From: Bryobacterales bacterium
GTDB lineage: Bacteria > Acidobacteriota > Terriglobia > Bryobacterales > UBA6623
Assembly: GCA_965238125.1 (NCBI GenBank)
Contig: OZ250179.1
Coordinates: 506,981 to 570,980, forward strand
Direction of reading: 5' to 3'
Length of the DNA stretch: 64,000 nucleotides
A program made the position numbers and the translations under genes. Of the stretch, positions 47,444 to 57,457 are shown piece by piece. Numbering within the stretch: the first letter of the stretch is position 1; every line of letters begins with the position of its first letter. The notes beneath the pieces are model-generated. The model did not search any database, was not told the origin of the DNA, and saw only the letters and a list, made by a program, of their open reading frames with translations.

Positions 47444-48820
47444 ATGCGCATTCTGATCGCGGGCGGCGGGCAAGTGGCCGCCCTTATTGCGAAACGCCTG
47501 ATCCGAGAGGGTAACGAAGTCGTCATCGTCGAGCGCGACGCCGCGCGTTGTGAAGAGCTGCAAGAGCATCTCGACGCCAAGGTCGTCCGAGGCAGCGCCA
47601 CCAGCATTCTGACCTTGCGCAAGGCCGGTTTGGCCGAAGCCGAGATGCTGATCGCCGTCACCAACTCCGACGAAATCAACGTTCTCGCCTGCCTGGTCGC
47701 GCAGGTGGAATCCAACGTTCGCGTCAAGGTGGCGCGGATTCGCACCCATGAGTTCGAGCACTGGCAGCGCGTCATCAGCGAAGCCGGCGTCAAGATCGAC
47801 CTCGTCATCCACCCGGAAACCGACATCATGGAGCGCATCCTGCGTGTCGCTCACATGCCCGGGATTTCGGACGTTCTCGACTTCGCCGGCGGCGAGGTCA
47901 AGCTCTTCGGCATGAATGTCGAGGCGGATAGCTGGGTGGCCGGTAAGACCTTGGAGGAACTCGACGGCGCCGGCCCGCCTCGGAATTCTCTGATCGCGAT
48001 GATCTTCCGCGGCCAGCAGGTCATCATCCCCCACGGCGCGCAAAGTCTCGAGCCGGGTGACCACATCTACATCGTGGCCACCAAGAAGAACCTCCACGCG
48101 GTTATGCGCTTCATGGGTTTGGAGGTGCGGGAGCAGCTGCGGCGGGTGATCATTATCGGCGGCAAACAGGTCGGCATCTGGGTCGCCGAAGCCCTCGAAA
48201 AACAGGGCGTCAACGTCAAACTCATCGAACGCGAAACGCGACGTTGCGAGCTGATTTCCGGCATCCTCGAAGACACCATCGTCGTTCACGGCGACGGTAC
48301 GGACCAAGAAACGCTCGAGGAGGAAAACGTCGGCGGCGTCGATGCTTTTCTGGCCCTCACCAACGACGATGAAGACAACATCATCGCTTCGCTGCTCGCG
48401 CGCCGCCTCGGAGCGAAAAAGGTCGTTGCGCTCATCAACCGCCTCAACTATCTGCCGATGGTCGAGAGACTGGGCATCAACACATCGGTCAGCCCCCGCC
48501 TCGTCGCGGTCGACCGCATCTTGCAGTTTGTGCGTAAAGGCCGCGTGCTGTCGGTGACGACCTTCCGCGAGGAAGAGGCCGAGGCGATCGAATTGATCGC
48601 CGCCGAAGGTTCGAAGTACGTCGGCAAGAAGCTGCGTGATATTCGCTTCCCGCGCGGCGCGATCGTCGGGGCGATTGCCCGCCCCGACGGCAAGGTCCTG
48701 GTTCCGCGGGGCGGGGCGTCGATTGAACCCGGCGACCGCGTCATCTTCTTCACCTTGGAAAGCATCGTTCCCGAACTCGAATCGGCTTTCTTGGTGGAAC
48801 CGCGGAAGGAATACGCGTGA
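47444..48820 (+). CDS. trkA: Trk potassium uptake system NAD-binding protein TrkA
   Basis: 458 aa with two RCK/KTN modules (MRILIAGGGQVAALIAKRL...; VIIIGGKQVGIWVAEAL...). Confidence 0.9.
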   Translation: MRILIAGGGQVAALIAKRLIREGNEVVIVERDAARCEELQEHLDAKVVRGSATSILTLRKAGLAEAEMLIAVTNSDEINVLACLVAQVESNVRVKVARIRTHEFEHWQRVISEAGVKIDLVIHPETDIMERILRVAHMPGISDVLDFAGGEVKLFGMNVEADSWVAGKTLEELDGAGPPRNSLIAMIFRGQQVIIPHGAQSLEPGDHIYIVATKKNLHAVMRFMGLEVREQLRRVIIIGGKQVGIWVAEALEKQGVNVKLIERETRRCELISGILEDTIVVHGDGTDQETLEEENVGGVDAFLALTNDDEDNIIASLLARRLGAKKVVALINRLNYLPMVERLGINTSVSPRLVAVDRILQFVRKGRVLSVTTFREEEAEAIELIAAEGSKYVGKKLRDIRFPRGAIVGAIARPDGKVLVPRGGASIEPGDRVIFFTLESIVPELESAFLVEPRKEYA

Positions 48821-50268
48821 TTCGCTATCGAGCGATCGCATTCGTTCTAGGCCAATTCCTTCTTGCACTCGCCGGGACAATGCTGGTCCCGCTGGCCTAC
48901 GGCTATTTCACCGGCGCGGGCGGGCTTTGGGGCATCGGCGCGTCCGTCCTCATCACGGCCGCTGTCGGCGGCGGGCTGTGGCTGCTTTCGCCGCGTCCCG
49001 AGCACGATCTGAGCCAACGCGAAGGCTTATTGCTCGTCGTTGCGACTTGGCTCGGGGTTGCCTTGTTCGGCTGCTTGCCCTTCTACTTCTCGCCCTACTT
49101 TTCCTCCTTCACGAACTCCTTTTTTGAAGCCACCTCGGGCTTCACAACAACCGGGGCGACCATCCTCGAACGGGTTGATGTTCTGCCGGAGCCGCTGCAA
49201 CTCTGGCGCTGCTTTTCCCACTGGTTGGGCGGGATGGGTATCGTCTTGCTCGGAATCGCCATTTTGCCTCTGGTCGGCCATGGCGGCATGCAACTCTACC
49301 GGGCCGAGTTTTCCGGTGCGAAATCGGAAAAGCTCAAGCCGCGCATCGCGGAGACCGCGGCGGCGTTGGGGAAAATCTATTTGGCTTTTACCGCAGTCGA
49401 GTTCGTGCTGCTGCGGCTGCTGGGGATGAGCGGTTTCGAAGCGGCCTGCCACACGTTTTCCACGATGGGCACCGGCGGGTTCTCCACGCGTAACGAGAGT
49501 ATCGCCGGTTTTGAGAGCCCGGCTATCGAATACGTCTTGATCGTCTTCATGCTGCTGGCCGGCGTCAGTTTCGTGCAGCACTATCGACTCTGGGTGGAAC
49601 GGCGGCCGCGCGGCGTTTTCGGCGACATCGAGATTCGCTGTTTTGTCGCGCTGGTCGGGATCGTGACGCTTGTGTTCACAGCCATTCTGGCGGGTAAGGG
49701 CGGATATGGGATCGAACCCGCCTTCCGAAGCGCCCTGTTTCAGGTCTCCTCAATCGTCACGACAACGGGCTTCGTAACCGACAACTTCGAACTCTGGCAC
49801 CCGTTTCCACAGTTGGTTCTGCTGGCGTTGATGTTCGTCGGCGGCTGTACGGGTTCGACCGCGGGCGGAATGAAGATATCGAGGATCCTACTGTTGGCCC
49901 GCGTCGTCGACCGCGAATTCAAACGCATGGTCGAGCGCCGCGGCGTCTTCGCCGTGCGGCTGGGTCACGAGGTGATTCCCGAGACGGTGATTCAAAGTCT
50001 GCTCAACTTGGTTTATCTCGCGTTTGTCGTCAACTTCGTTTCCTGCATGCTGTTGGCCGCAATGGGAGTCGACGTCTTTACGTCAATCGCCGCGGTAGCA
50101 GCCTCCATGTTCAACATCGGCCCGGGGCTCGGCACGGTCGGGCCGGTCGAGAACTACGCCCACCTCCCGGCATTGGCAAAGTGGGTGCTCTCGTTTTGCA
50201 TGATCGCCGGCCGCCTGGAATTCTACACCGTGCTGGTGATCTTCACCCCGGCGTTCTGGCGCAAGTGA
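48817..50268 (+). CDS. trkH: Trk potassium uptake system membrane protein TrkH
   Basis: 483 aa, polytopic: ...TSGFTTTGATIL..., ...MGTGGFSTRNESIAGF..., ...TTTGFVTDNFELW. The GTG start overlaps the trkA stop (GTGA). Confidence 0.9.
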   Translation: MIRYRAIAFVLGQFLLALAGTMLVPLAYGYFTGAGGLWGIGASVLITAAVGGGLWLLSPRPEHDLSQREGLLLVVATWLGVALFGCLPFYFSPYFSSFTNSFFEATSGFTTTGATILERVDVLPEPLQLWRCFSHWLGGMGIVLLGIAILPLVGHGGMQLYRAEFSGAKSEKLKPRIAETAAALGKIYLAFTAVEFVLLRLLGMSGFEAACHTFSTMGTGGFSTRNESIAGFESPAIEYVLIVFMLLAGVSFVQHYRLWVERRPRGVFGDIEIRCFVALVGIVTLVFTAILAGKGGYGIEPAFRSALFQVSSIVTTTGFVTDNFELWHPFPQLVLLALMFVGGCTGSTAGGMKISRILLLARVVDREFKRMVERRGVFAVRLGHEVIPETVIQSLLNLVYLAFVVNFVSCMLLAAMGVDVFTSIAAVAASMFNIGPGLGTVGPVENYAHLPALAKWVLSFCMIAGRLEFYTVLVIFTPAFWRK

Positions 50269-50302
50269 GTGGGAGTAAGCGAAAATAAGTCGAGGGAAAG
50301 CG

Positions 50303-50458
50303 ATGAGAAAACCTGCAGGCAAAGAAAAGCAAGACCGCGAGAAGGGGAAAGAACGGAGCCCCGAATATTCCCTTGAGGAGCTACTCAAGGGCGTAACCGA
50401 GGACAATCTCCACGGGGAAGTCTTTAGCGCCCCGCCGGTCGGGAAAGAGATCTTGTAG
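50303..50458 (+). pseudogene. Possible MazE/AbrB-type antitoxin C-terminal remnant (51 codons)
   Basis: Own translation: MRKPAGKEKQDREKGKERSPEYSLEELLKGVTEDNLHGEVFSAPPVGKEIL*. The tail resembles the MazE-family ending (sLeeLL..it.eN.H.E.d.g.pvGkE). The SpoVT/AbrB fold is absent and there is no toxin gene nearby. Confidence 0.3.
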
Positions 50459-50503
50459 CGCGCCCGTCCCCGCCACTCCCGATGGCGAACCCCGCTCGCT
50501 CCC

Positions 50504-52360
50504 CTACCCAACCAAACTCTTCACCGCCTCCACAATATGCCGGGCCGAGATGCCGAATCGGTCGAGCAGCTCGGCGGAGGGGCCGCTGCGCGCAATGCCG
50601 CGCACGGCCAACTTGGTGACTTTCGTGTCTTCGCCGGCCAATGCCGACAAGACCGCGTCGCCAATGCCGCCGTGAGCATAATGGTCCTCGACGGTCACCA
50701 CTCGGCCGCCCGTCGCGCGCGCGGCGGCGATCAGCGTTTCGCTGTCGATCGGCTGCACGCTGAATAGATCAATGACCCTAATATTGATTCCCTCCGCGGC
50801 AAGCTGCTCGTGGGCGGCGAGTGCTTCGAACAGCGTCACGCCGGCCCCGACGACGGTCACTTGGTCATTGTCGCTTTGGCGCACGACTTTCGCCTTCCCC
50901 AACGCGAAATCCTCGGAAGCCTCATAAATCACCGGCGTTGCAGGCCGACTCGTCCGCACGTAGACCGGCCCCTCGGTCGCCGCCGCCAACTCGATCGCGC
51001 GCCAGGCACTCGTCCCGTCGCTCGGGTAGAGCACGGTGTAGTTGGGCTCGGCGCACGTCATGGCGATGTCCTCGAGTCCCATCTGCGAGGGGCCGTCCTC
51101 GCCGATCGAGATGCCGGCGTGGGTGCCGACCAGCTTCACGTTCGTATTGCTGATCGCCGCCATGCGCATGAAGTCATAGGCGCGGCTGAGGAAGCACGCG
51201 AAGCTCGCGGCAAAGGCAATCTTGCCGCGCGCCGCCAACCCCATCGCCGCGCCGACCATGTTTTGCTCGGCGATGAAACCTTGGAAAAACCGCTCCGGGC
51301 AGGCCGCTTCGATGTCTTGCGTGAAGGTCGAGTTCTTGACGTCCCCGTCGAGCGCCACGATGCGCGGGTCGGCTTTGCCCAACGCGGCCAGCGCCGTGCC
51401 GAAGGCCTGACGCGTGGCGACCTTGTCGCCCAACGCGTAACTCGGCCCCGGCGTCGCGGCGGGCGCGGCGGGCGCGGCGCCGTTGGACGCCGGCAGCTTC
51501 GGCGTCCAGGAAAAATCGCCGCCGTTGAGCCGGGCCTCGAGTGCCTGAATCGCGCCGTCGGCCTTTTCGCCTTTCGGAAGCGGTTTGCCGTGCCAATTGT
51601 CCTGGTCTTCGGCGAAGTCGATGCCCTTACCCTTGAAAGTCCGCGCCAGAATGACGCTCGGCCGATCGGTCGTGGCGGCGGCTTGCTCGTAGGCGTTGAC
51701 CAACTCTTGCAGGTTGTGCCCGTCGACGGCCAGCGCCTGCCACCCAAAAGCCTCCCAGCGATTCTTGTACGTGTCGATATCGTGCTCGAGCATCGTCGGC
51801 GCGCTCTGCCCCAGCCGATTGATGTCAATCGTGGCGCAGAGATTGTTGACGTTGATGTGCGAAGCCATCGCCGCGGCTTCCCAAACCGAACCTTCCGCCG
51901 ATTCGCCGTCGCCCATCAATACATAGACCCGCTGGTCGCGCCCGTCGATGCGCGCCGCCAACGCGATCCCCAGCCCCACCGAAAGCCCTTGCCCAAGCGA
52001 ACCGGTCGCCAAATCGACGAACGGCAGCCGCGTCGGCGGATGCCCCTCGAGGTCGGAAGTGATCTTGCGCAGGTTCAGCAGTTCGCTCTCGGGGATGTAG
52101 CCCGCCTCGGCCCAGGCCGCGTACAGCACCGGCGCCGCATGACCTTTCGAGAGCACAAAAATGTCGTTGTCGGGATTCGCCGGATCTTTCGGGTTATAGC
52201 GCATGACCGAAAAGAACAAGGCCGACATGATCTCCGCCGCCGAGGCGCAACTGGTCGGATGGCCGCTGCCCGCCTCCGTCGTCGAACGAATCGAATGGAT
52301 CCGCATCTTCGTGGCTTTGTCTTCCAAGCCGGCAAGAACGCTGCTCTCGATTTCAGACAT
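50504..52360 (-). CDS. tkt: Transketolase
   Basis: 618 aa: ...TEAGSGHPTSCASAAEIMSALFF..., VLSKGHAAPVLYA, GSLGQGLSVGLGIALA, VLMGDGESAEGSVWEA. Confidence 0.95.
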   Translation of the reverse strand: MSEIESSVLAGLEDKATKMRIHSIRSTTEAGSGHPTSCASAAEIMSALFFSVMRYNPKDPANPDNDIFVLSKGHAAPVLYAAWAEAGYIPESELLNLRKITSDLEGHPPTRLPFVDLATGSLGQGLSVGLGIALAARIDGRDQRVYVLMGDGESAEGSVWEAAAMASHINVNNLCATIDINRLGQSAPTMLEHDIDTYKNRWEAFGWQALAVDGHNLQELVNAYEQAAATTDRPSVILARTFKGKGIDFAEDQDNWHGKPLPKGEKADGAIQALEARLNGGDFSWTPKLPASNGAAPAAPAATPGPSYALGDKVATRQAFGTALAALGKADPRIVALDGDVKNSTFTQDIEAACPERFFQGFIAEQNMVGAAMGLAARGKIAFAASFACFLSRAYDFMRMAAISNTNVKLVGTHAGISIGEDGPSQMGLEDIAMTCAEPNYTVLYPSDGTSAWRAIELAAATEGPVYVRTSRPATPVIYEASEDFALGKAKVVRQSDNDQVTVVGAGVTLFEALAAHEQLAAEGINIRVIDLFSVQPIDSETLIAAARATGGRVVTVEDHYAHGGIGDAVLSALAGEDTKVTKLAVRGIARSGPSAELLDRFGISARHIVEAVKSLVG

Positions 52361-52439
52361 ATTTCAATTTCTCCATTCGGGCTGGATAAGGCCCCACCGT
52401 GCAAACCGACAGCGGGGTCTCAGACCACGGGCGTAATGA

Positions 52440-52826
52440 TTAAGAGGCCTCGCCGACGAGCGCGTCGGCAGTTTCCTCGGGGGAGTGGCGCACCAAGAAT
52501 CGCCGGGTTCTCAAGCTGAAAGGCAGGCTCGCGGGGTCAAAATTTTCCGGGACAATCGCCACTAACCGTTTCCCCATGCCCAAAGCCGCGCCGAGTTCGA
52601 AAAGCGTATTGGGGCTCCGCGGATCGTCGGCGCTGATGATCGAAACAACCGTGTCGCTTTCGCGCATACCCTTCTCGATCGCGTCCCGAATGTCGTCGCC
52701 GGCCCGCACCTTCAATTCATCCATCCACACGGGTATGCCCTTCTTCGCCAGCGACTTCGAGAAACGCCGGACCCACTCGGGATCATCCGCGTGAGAATAC
52801 GAAATGAAAAATTGCGGCTTTGCCAT
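52440..52826 (-). CDS. Stand-alone TIR-domain protein (128 aa)
   Basis: MAKPQFFISYSHADDPEWVRRFSKSLAKKGIPVWMDELKVRAGDDIRDAIEKGMRESDTVVSIIS...TLFELGAALG. This has the FISYSHxD start and the conserved Glu-containing helix of TIR_2-type domains. Confidence 0.8.
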   Translation of the reverse strand: MAKPQFFISYSHADDPEWVRRFSKSLAKKGIPVWMDELKVRAGDDIRDAIEKGMRESDTVVSIISADDPRSPNTLFELGAALGMGKRLVAIVPENFDPASLPFSLRTRRFLVRHSPEETADALVGEAS

Positions 52827-52843
52827 GGCGGCCCCTTGTGCGG

Positions 52844-53269
52844 CTAGGACCTTTCTCTTACTCGCAATTGGAGTTGATCAAAGTACCGATCGACGTCGTT
52901 CAACTCCACGAAATTTCTCTTCTTCAACAAGACCGGAACGCCGCGGCGCGATTGAAGTTCTCCCGGAGTTACGCCGTGCAGCAGTGCAACAATCGGGATC
53001 CGATGTCCCCAAGCCGCCCCCAGTTCCGCCCAAACATAAGGCCTCTCCAAGGCCCATGGTGTCAGCAGGACCACCAACTCATCGGCTTTTTCGAGGAACT
53101 CAAGAATGTCTTCCTCGAAATCCGCGCCGACATCGATTTCCGCTTCGTCCAAAAAGGCTCTGGCGCCGCATTCACCGACTCGCCGAGCCAGTTGCCGAGC
53201 TACCCAGGTATCCGTACTGCTGTGACTGATGAAGACTAGGTGTCGGTCTTCCGATTCCTTCTCGTTCAA
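52844..53269 (-). CDS. Stand-alone TIR-domain protein (141 aa)
   Basis: ...HLVFISHSSTDTWVARQLARRVGECGARAFLDEAEIDVGADFEEDILEFLEKADELVVLLTPWALERPYVWAELGAAWG... Same fold signature as the neighbour but a clearly different sequence. Confidence 0.8.
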   Translation of the reverse strand: MNEKESEDRHLVFISHSSTDTWVARQLARRVGECGARAFLDEAEIDVGADFEEDILEFLEKADELVVLLTPWALERPYVWAELGAAWGHRIPIVALLHGVTPGELQSRRGVPVLLKKRNFVELNDVDRYFDQLQLRVRERS

Positions 53270-53317
53270 CAGAACGGCTCCTTATTGCCGATTATAGCGT
53301 CCGTCCCCGACCCGAGG

Positions 53318-54289
53318 CTAAACTTCCCCCGCCGCCTGCAGCGCCGTAATCGCCGAGGTGTAATAAATATCCTCGACCGACGACCCTCGCGAAAGATCAT
53401 TCGCCGGCTTGTTGAGCCCTTGCAGAAACGGTCCGAGCGAAACGCAGCCGCCCAGCCGCTCGGCCAGTTTGTACCCGATATTGGCCGCGTCGAGCGCCGG
53501 AAAGACCAGCACGTTGGCGCGGCCGGCGACCGGCGAACCGGGAGCCTTCGAGCGGCCCACCGCGTCGACCAAAGCGGCATCGGCCTGCAATTCCCCATCG
53601 ACCGACAGTCCGGGAGCCCGCACTTGGACAATCCGATGCGCCTCGATAACCTTCTCGGCCATGGGGTGCTTGGCGCTTCCCTTGGTCGAAAACGACAGCA
53701 GCGCCACGCGCGGCTGGTCGCGCAAAATCCGTCCGGCGTTCGCGGCCGCCGCGATGGCGATCTCGGCCAGCTGATCGGCCGAGGGATCCGGCACGACCGC
53801 CGGGTCGGTGAAAATCATCACCCCGTTGTCGCCCCATTGCGGGTCATCGTGGACGAGCACCATGAAACTCGACACTAAGCGAAAATCGGCGTGCACGCCG
53901 ACGCAATGAATCAGCGCCCGAACCGTTTCCGCCGTGGTGTTGAGTGTGCCGCCGACCAGCCCGTCCACATCCCCGGCGGCCAGCATCAGCGACGCGAAAT
54001 AGAGCGGCCGCGAGGCGACCTGCCGCGCTTCGTGCTCCGTGACGCCTTTCGCGCGCCGCCGTTCGTGGTAAATCGCCGCGTAGGAGCCGCGGCTGTTCGA
54101 CGTTTTCGGATCCACGAACTCGACGCCCGGAATCCCGCCTTCGGAACTAATCAAAACCGGTTGAACGATCTTGTCCTCGGCCAGTTTCTTGGCCGTCGCC
54201 CGAACCCGCGCGTCATCTCCCTCCGGAAAAACCACACGCTTGGACAAAGCCCGAGCCCGTTCGGCGACGTTGGCGAGAAAAGCAGGCAT
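53318..54289 (-). CDS. pta: Phosphate acetyltransferase (short form)
   Basis: 323 aa: ...KRVVFPEGDDARVRATAKKLAEDKIVQPVLI..., ...GLVGGTLNTTAETVRA..., ...GPFLQGLNKPANDLSRG. Confidence 0.9.
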   Translation of the reverse strand: MPAFLANVAERARALSKRVVFPEGDDARVRATAKKLAEDKIVQPVLISSEGGIPGVEFVDPKTSNSRGSYAAIYHERRRAKGVTEHEARQVASRPLYFASLMLAAGDVDGLVGGTLNTTAETVRALIHCVGVHADFRLVSSFMVLVHDDPQWGDNGVMIFTDPAVVPDPSADQLAEIAIAAAANAGRILRDQPRVALLSFSTKGSAKHPMAEKVIEAHRIVQVRAPGLSVDGELQADAALVDAVGRSKAPGSPVAGRANVLVFPALDAANIGYKLAERLGGCVSLGPFLQGLNKPANDLSRGSSVEDIYYTSAITALQAAGEV

Positions 54290-54711
54290 TCTCCCGATCT
54301 TACTGGAAACGGCGCGAAACGGCTTGGAAACGGGTGAACCAGGCTCTCACTCTCCACCTTGATGTCGCGTGCCGGCAGCGCGGCTTGGTGCGGCTTGTCT
54401 CGAAGCCGGCTGCGCCCGCTAGCGGAAGTTCTCGATCATCGTCAGATCGCTGCCCTGGTTTTCGATGCGCGAGAGCAAGGCCGTACCGCCGGGGGCCGCG
54501 GATATTCCCACCTCGGTCTCGGTTCCTTCCGGAAGCGTCGTCGCCGCGACGCTGTCGAGCTTCCGGGACTCGGCGTTATCTTCAACCCGGTTATCAGCGG
54601 ACACTGCCCGCCGCGCCCGCACTTGCCTATTGAATGACGGCCGATCCGGGGTTAGTATCGTCATGGCAAATGGGGAAACCGCGGGGCCCGTTTGCATCAA
54701 GGAGTAGAGCC

Positions 54712-56820
54712 ATGACAGATGAAAACCATCCAACCGCCGATCCCTCAAAGCAAAGCCCTCAAGGCGGCCCCGCGCTGGAGTCGTGGAAGGAAATCGCCGC
54801 TTATCTCAACCGGGACGAGCGAACCGCCCGCCGCTGGGAGAAAGAAGAAGGCATGCCCATCCACCGGCATCACCATCGCTCGCGTGCCGGCGTTTACGCC
54901 TACCCAGGCGAACTCGACGCTTGGGGGGCATCGAGGGGCTCCGTGCCCCGGAATTCCTCCGCGCCCCTTTGGCAGCGTCCCGGATCTTCGCCGGCTTTCG
55001 CCCTCGTCTTGCTGCTTTCTCTGATTTCCGTCGGTAACGGGCCCCGCTTCGGCCCTTCCGAAGCGAAAGCGGGGGACGGCTCGGCCATGGTCGTGCGGCA
55101 AGCGGTTCCCACCTCGTTCGACGACTATTACGGCGGCCCTTCCGCCGACGGGCGGTACGTGACGTTTGTGGACCATGAAACGGGAAATGTTGGGCTCCGC
55201 GACTTGACAAGCGGCGAGCAGCGCCTCCTCACCGATGCCGGACCGGAGTCAACGGAGTATGCCTCCCATATGGCTGAAATTTCGCCGGACGGCACTCGAG
55301 TGGCGTTTGCGTGGCAGAACGAAGATCGCTTTGCTGATCTACGTCTGGTCAATGTCGACGGAACCGGATTGCGGGTCGTCTATCGCAATCCGGAGTTCCA
55401 ATACGTCGCTGCCCGTGCCTGGCTGCCCGACGGCAAGCGCATTCTTTGTGGCTTTGGAGCGAGCGATGGCACATTCAAAATCGGGTGGGTTGCCGTTGCG
55501 GATGGGTCTGCCCAGGTGATCAAATCCCTCGACTGGGGGTATGCCTTTGGGATGAGCATTTCGCCCGACGGCGCGTTCGTCGCCTACGACTTTCCGGCCG
55601 CGCGAGATGCCGCGCAGAGAGATGTCTTTCTGTTGGCCATCGACGGAACCCGTGAGGTTCGTCTGATTGAACACCCCGCCAATGATAGCGTGCTGGGCTG
55701 GACCCCGGACGGCAACAGCGTGTTATTTGCGAGCAACCGTACCGGCTCTACCGGTGTTTGGAAAATCGGCGTTGCCGAGGGCCGTCCGACCGGGGTCCCG
55801 GAACTCGTGCGGCCCGACGCAGGGCGGATGTTTCCCGTTGGCTTCAGCTCCGACGGAGGGTTTTTCTATGAATTGCACCGCGGCATGAAGGACGTCTATG
55901 TCGCCGAGCTGGATCCCGAAACCGGGAAACTCACGCAGCCTCCGAAGCCGGCCACCAAGCAGTCGGTGGGCGCCAACTACGGCGGGAGCTGGTCGCCCGA
56001 TGGGCGTTATCTAGCTTTCGTTCGCCGAGGGCCGGACGATTCGGCATTTCTCGGTTCCAAAGTCGTCCTACAAGACGCGGAGACGGGCTCGGAGCGGGAA
56101 CTCAACACCGAGATGCGTAACATCTACGCGATACGCTGGGCGCCGGACGGTTCTCTCATGACTTTCGGGGGCGACAAGAAAAACCAAGAGGGCATTTATC
56201 GCGTCAACCTCAAGACCGGCGGTGTGGACTTTCTTGTCAAACCGCGCCGGGGCACGTGGGTGGTGATGCCCGAGTGGTCTCCTGACGGCGAGACCCTCTA
56301 CTTCATGAGGCACGACGATTCGGCCGCCGCCGCGGAGAAAGAGAGCCTTGTTGCGCGCCGCATGGCCGACGGCAAAGAAAGGACGCTTTACAGCGCCGCG
56401 CATATTCATTCCTGGGCGGCATCGCCGGACGGGCGTCGCGCGCTGATCGTGAGCGACAACAAGCCGGGTGAGTGGGCAACCAATGTCCTGCGAATGTTAT
56501 CGATCGAGAGCGGCGAGATTCGCGAGCTATACCGGGTGAAAAAGCCCGAATACTTTGACTCGGTGGACTGGGCTCCTTCGGGAGAGCACGCCCTTTTCTT
56601 AAAGAAACGAACCGCCTTCGGGCTCGGGTCGGAGCCGCGGAGTCTTTGGCGGCTTCCAATCAAAGGCGGCCCCGCCGAAGAGATGGACCTCTCAACCAAA
56701 GGCCTCGACCACGTCAGCTTCCATCCCGACGGCCGCCAAATCGCTTTCACTTCCGGGTCGGTGGAAGTTGACGTCTGGGTGATGGAAAACTTCCTGCCTG
56801 ATCAGCAGGCTTCGAAGTAG
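54712..56820 (+). CDS. N-terminal HTH-like domain, one TM segment and TolB-like (PD40/WD40-like) beta-propeller repeats
   Basis: MTDENHP...LESWKEIAAYLNRDERTARRWEKEEGMPIHRH, TM segment PAFALVLLLSLISVG, then repeated ...SPDG..vaF. motifs. The ATG at 54712 is preferred over the track start at 54634. Confidence 0.75.
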   Translation: MTDENHPTADPSKQSPQGGPALESWKEIAAYLNRDERTARRWEKEEGMPIHRHHHRSRAGVYAYPGELDAWGASRGSVPRNSSAPLWQRPGSSPAFALVLLLSLISVGNGPRFGPSEAKAGDGSAMVVRQAVPTSFDDYYGGPSADGRYVTFVDHETGNVGLRDLTSGEQRLLTDAGPESTEYASHMAEISPDGTRVAFAWQNEDRFADLRLVNVDGTGLRVVYRNPEFQYVAARAWLPDGKRILCGFGASDGTFKIGWVAVADGSAQVIKSLDWGYAFGMSISPDGAFVAYDFPAARDAAQRDVFLLAIDGTREVRLIEHPANDSVLGWTPDGNSVLFASNRTGSTGVWKIGVAEGRPTGVPELVRPDAGRMFPVGFSSDGGFFYELHRGMKDVYVAELDPETGKLTQPPKPATKQSVGANYGGSWSPDGRYLAFVRRGPDDSAFLGSKVVLQDAETGSERELNTEMRNIYAIRWAPDGSLMTFGGDKKNQEGIYRVNLKTGGVDFLVKPRRGTWVVMPEWSPDGETLYFMRHDDSAAAAEKESLVARRMADGKERTLYSAAHIHSWAASPDGRRALIVSDNKPGEWATNVLRMLSIESGEIRELYRVKKPEYFDSVDWAPSGEHALFLKKRTAFGLGSEPRSLWRLPIKGGPAEEMDLSTKGLDHVSFHPDGRQIAFTSGSVEVDVWVMENFLPDQQASK

Positions 56821-56918
56821 ACTCGGATGCGGTGTCGCCGAGGCATGCGGCCCGGCGCGGAGAGCGAAGCGGCAGCGCGGCTTGGGGCGAGAGGCGTATC
56901 GAGTTTAATCCGGCACGC

Positions 56919-57190
56919 TCAGCGGGCGAGCAGGGCGGCCGGTTTCAACAGCCCGAAGGCGACGGAAATAACGTTCGCCGACTCGACATCGCGGAGGATC
57001 TGCTCGCGTAAATCTTCCGCCGACGCAAACCGCTCTTCATCGCGCAGGCGGTGGAGGAACGCCGGCTCGATCCGCGACGGGGCACGGCCTTCGAGCGGCT
57101 CGAGTAAATACGTCTCGACGGTTTGTTCCGTCCCGTTGAAGGTCGGGCGCGAGCCTACATTGGTCACCGACGGCCATTGCTTCCCGCTCT
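56919..57190 (-). pseudogene. Diverged duplicate of the ribF 3' end (riboflavin kinase domain fragment)
   Basis: GKQWPSVTNVGSRPTFNGTEQTVETYLLEPLEGRAPSRIEPAFLHRLRDEERFASAEDLREQILRDVESA aligns with the C-terminus of the intact RibF at 59907..60881 (GKQWPSVTNVGSRPTFNGREQTVETYLLDESLEGRAPSRIEPAFLHRLRDERRFDSAEDLRRQILRDVESA). DNA identity is about 80% by eye. Confidence 0.65.
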
Positions 57191-57457
57191 GTGCTTGCCT
57201 GCGCCACTCTCGTCGGTGTCGCGGCCTGGTTAGGGGCCAACGTAGTAGATATTCGCAATGATGTGGAAAGGTTCGTAAGGCCGATTCCATTCAGCGGCTT
57301 GGCCGGTGAGCTGTCGAGCCGGCACCGCGGTGAAGGCAACGACGACCAGGCAGAATAGACGGATGAACACGATGGGATTATGGCGCGCGGCATGTTTTCG
57401 ATCTTTCAGCGGCTCGCTGTTGCGCTGATCGCCTAATGAACTAAGCTGAAACAGTAG

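Noticed and set aside
50810-52519. Very long ORFs antisense to real genes. Examples: 569 aa opposite tkt; 47420..48880 opposite trkA; 40946..42094 opposite the IS1182 transposase; 9156..10064 and 10905..11873 opposite the giant surface protein; 43178..43858 opposite the PQQ-like gene.
   Set aside because: Their Arg/Pro/Gly/Ala-rich, low-complexity translations are typical of stop-poor alternative frames in high-GC DNA. In each case the opposite strand carries a gene with clear family motifs.
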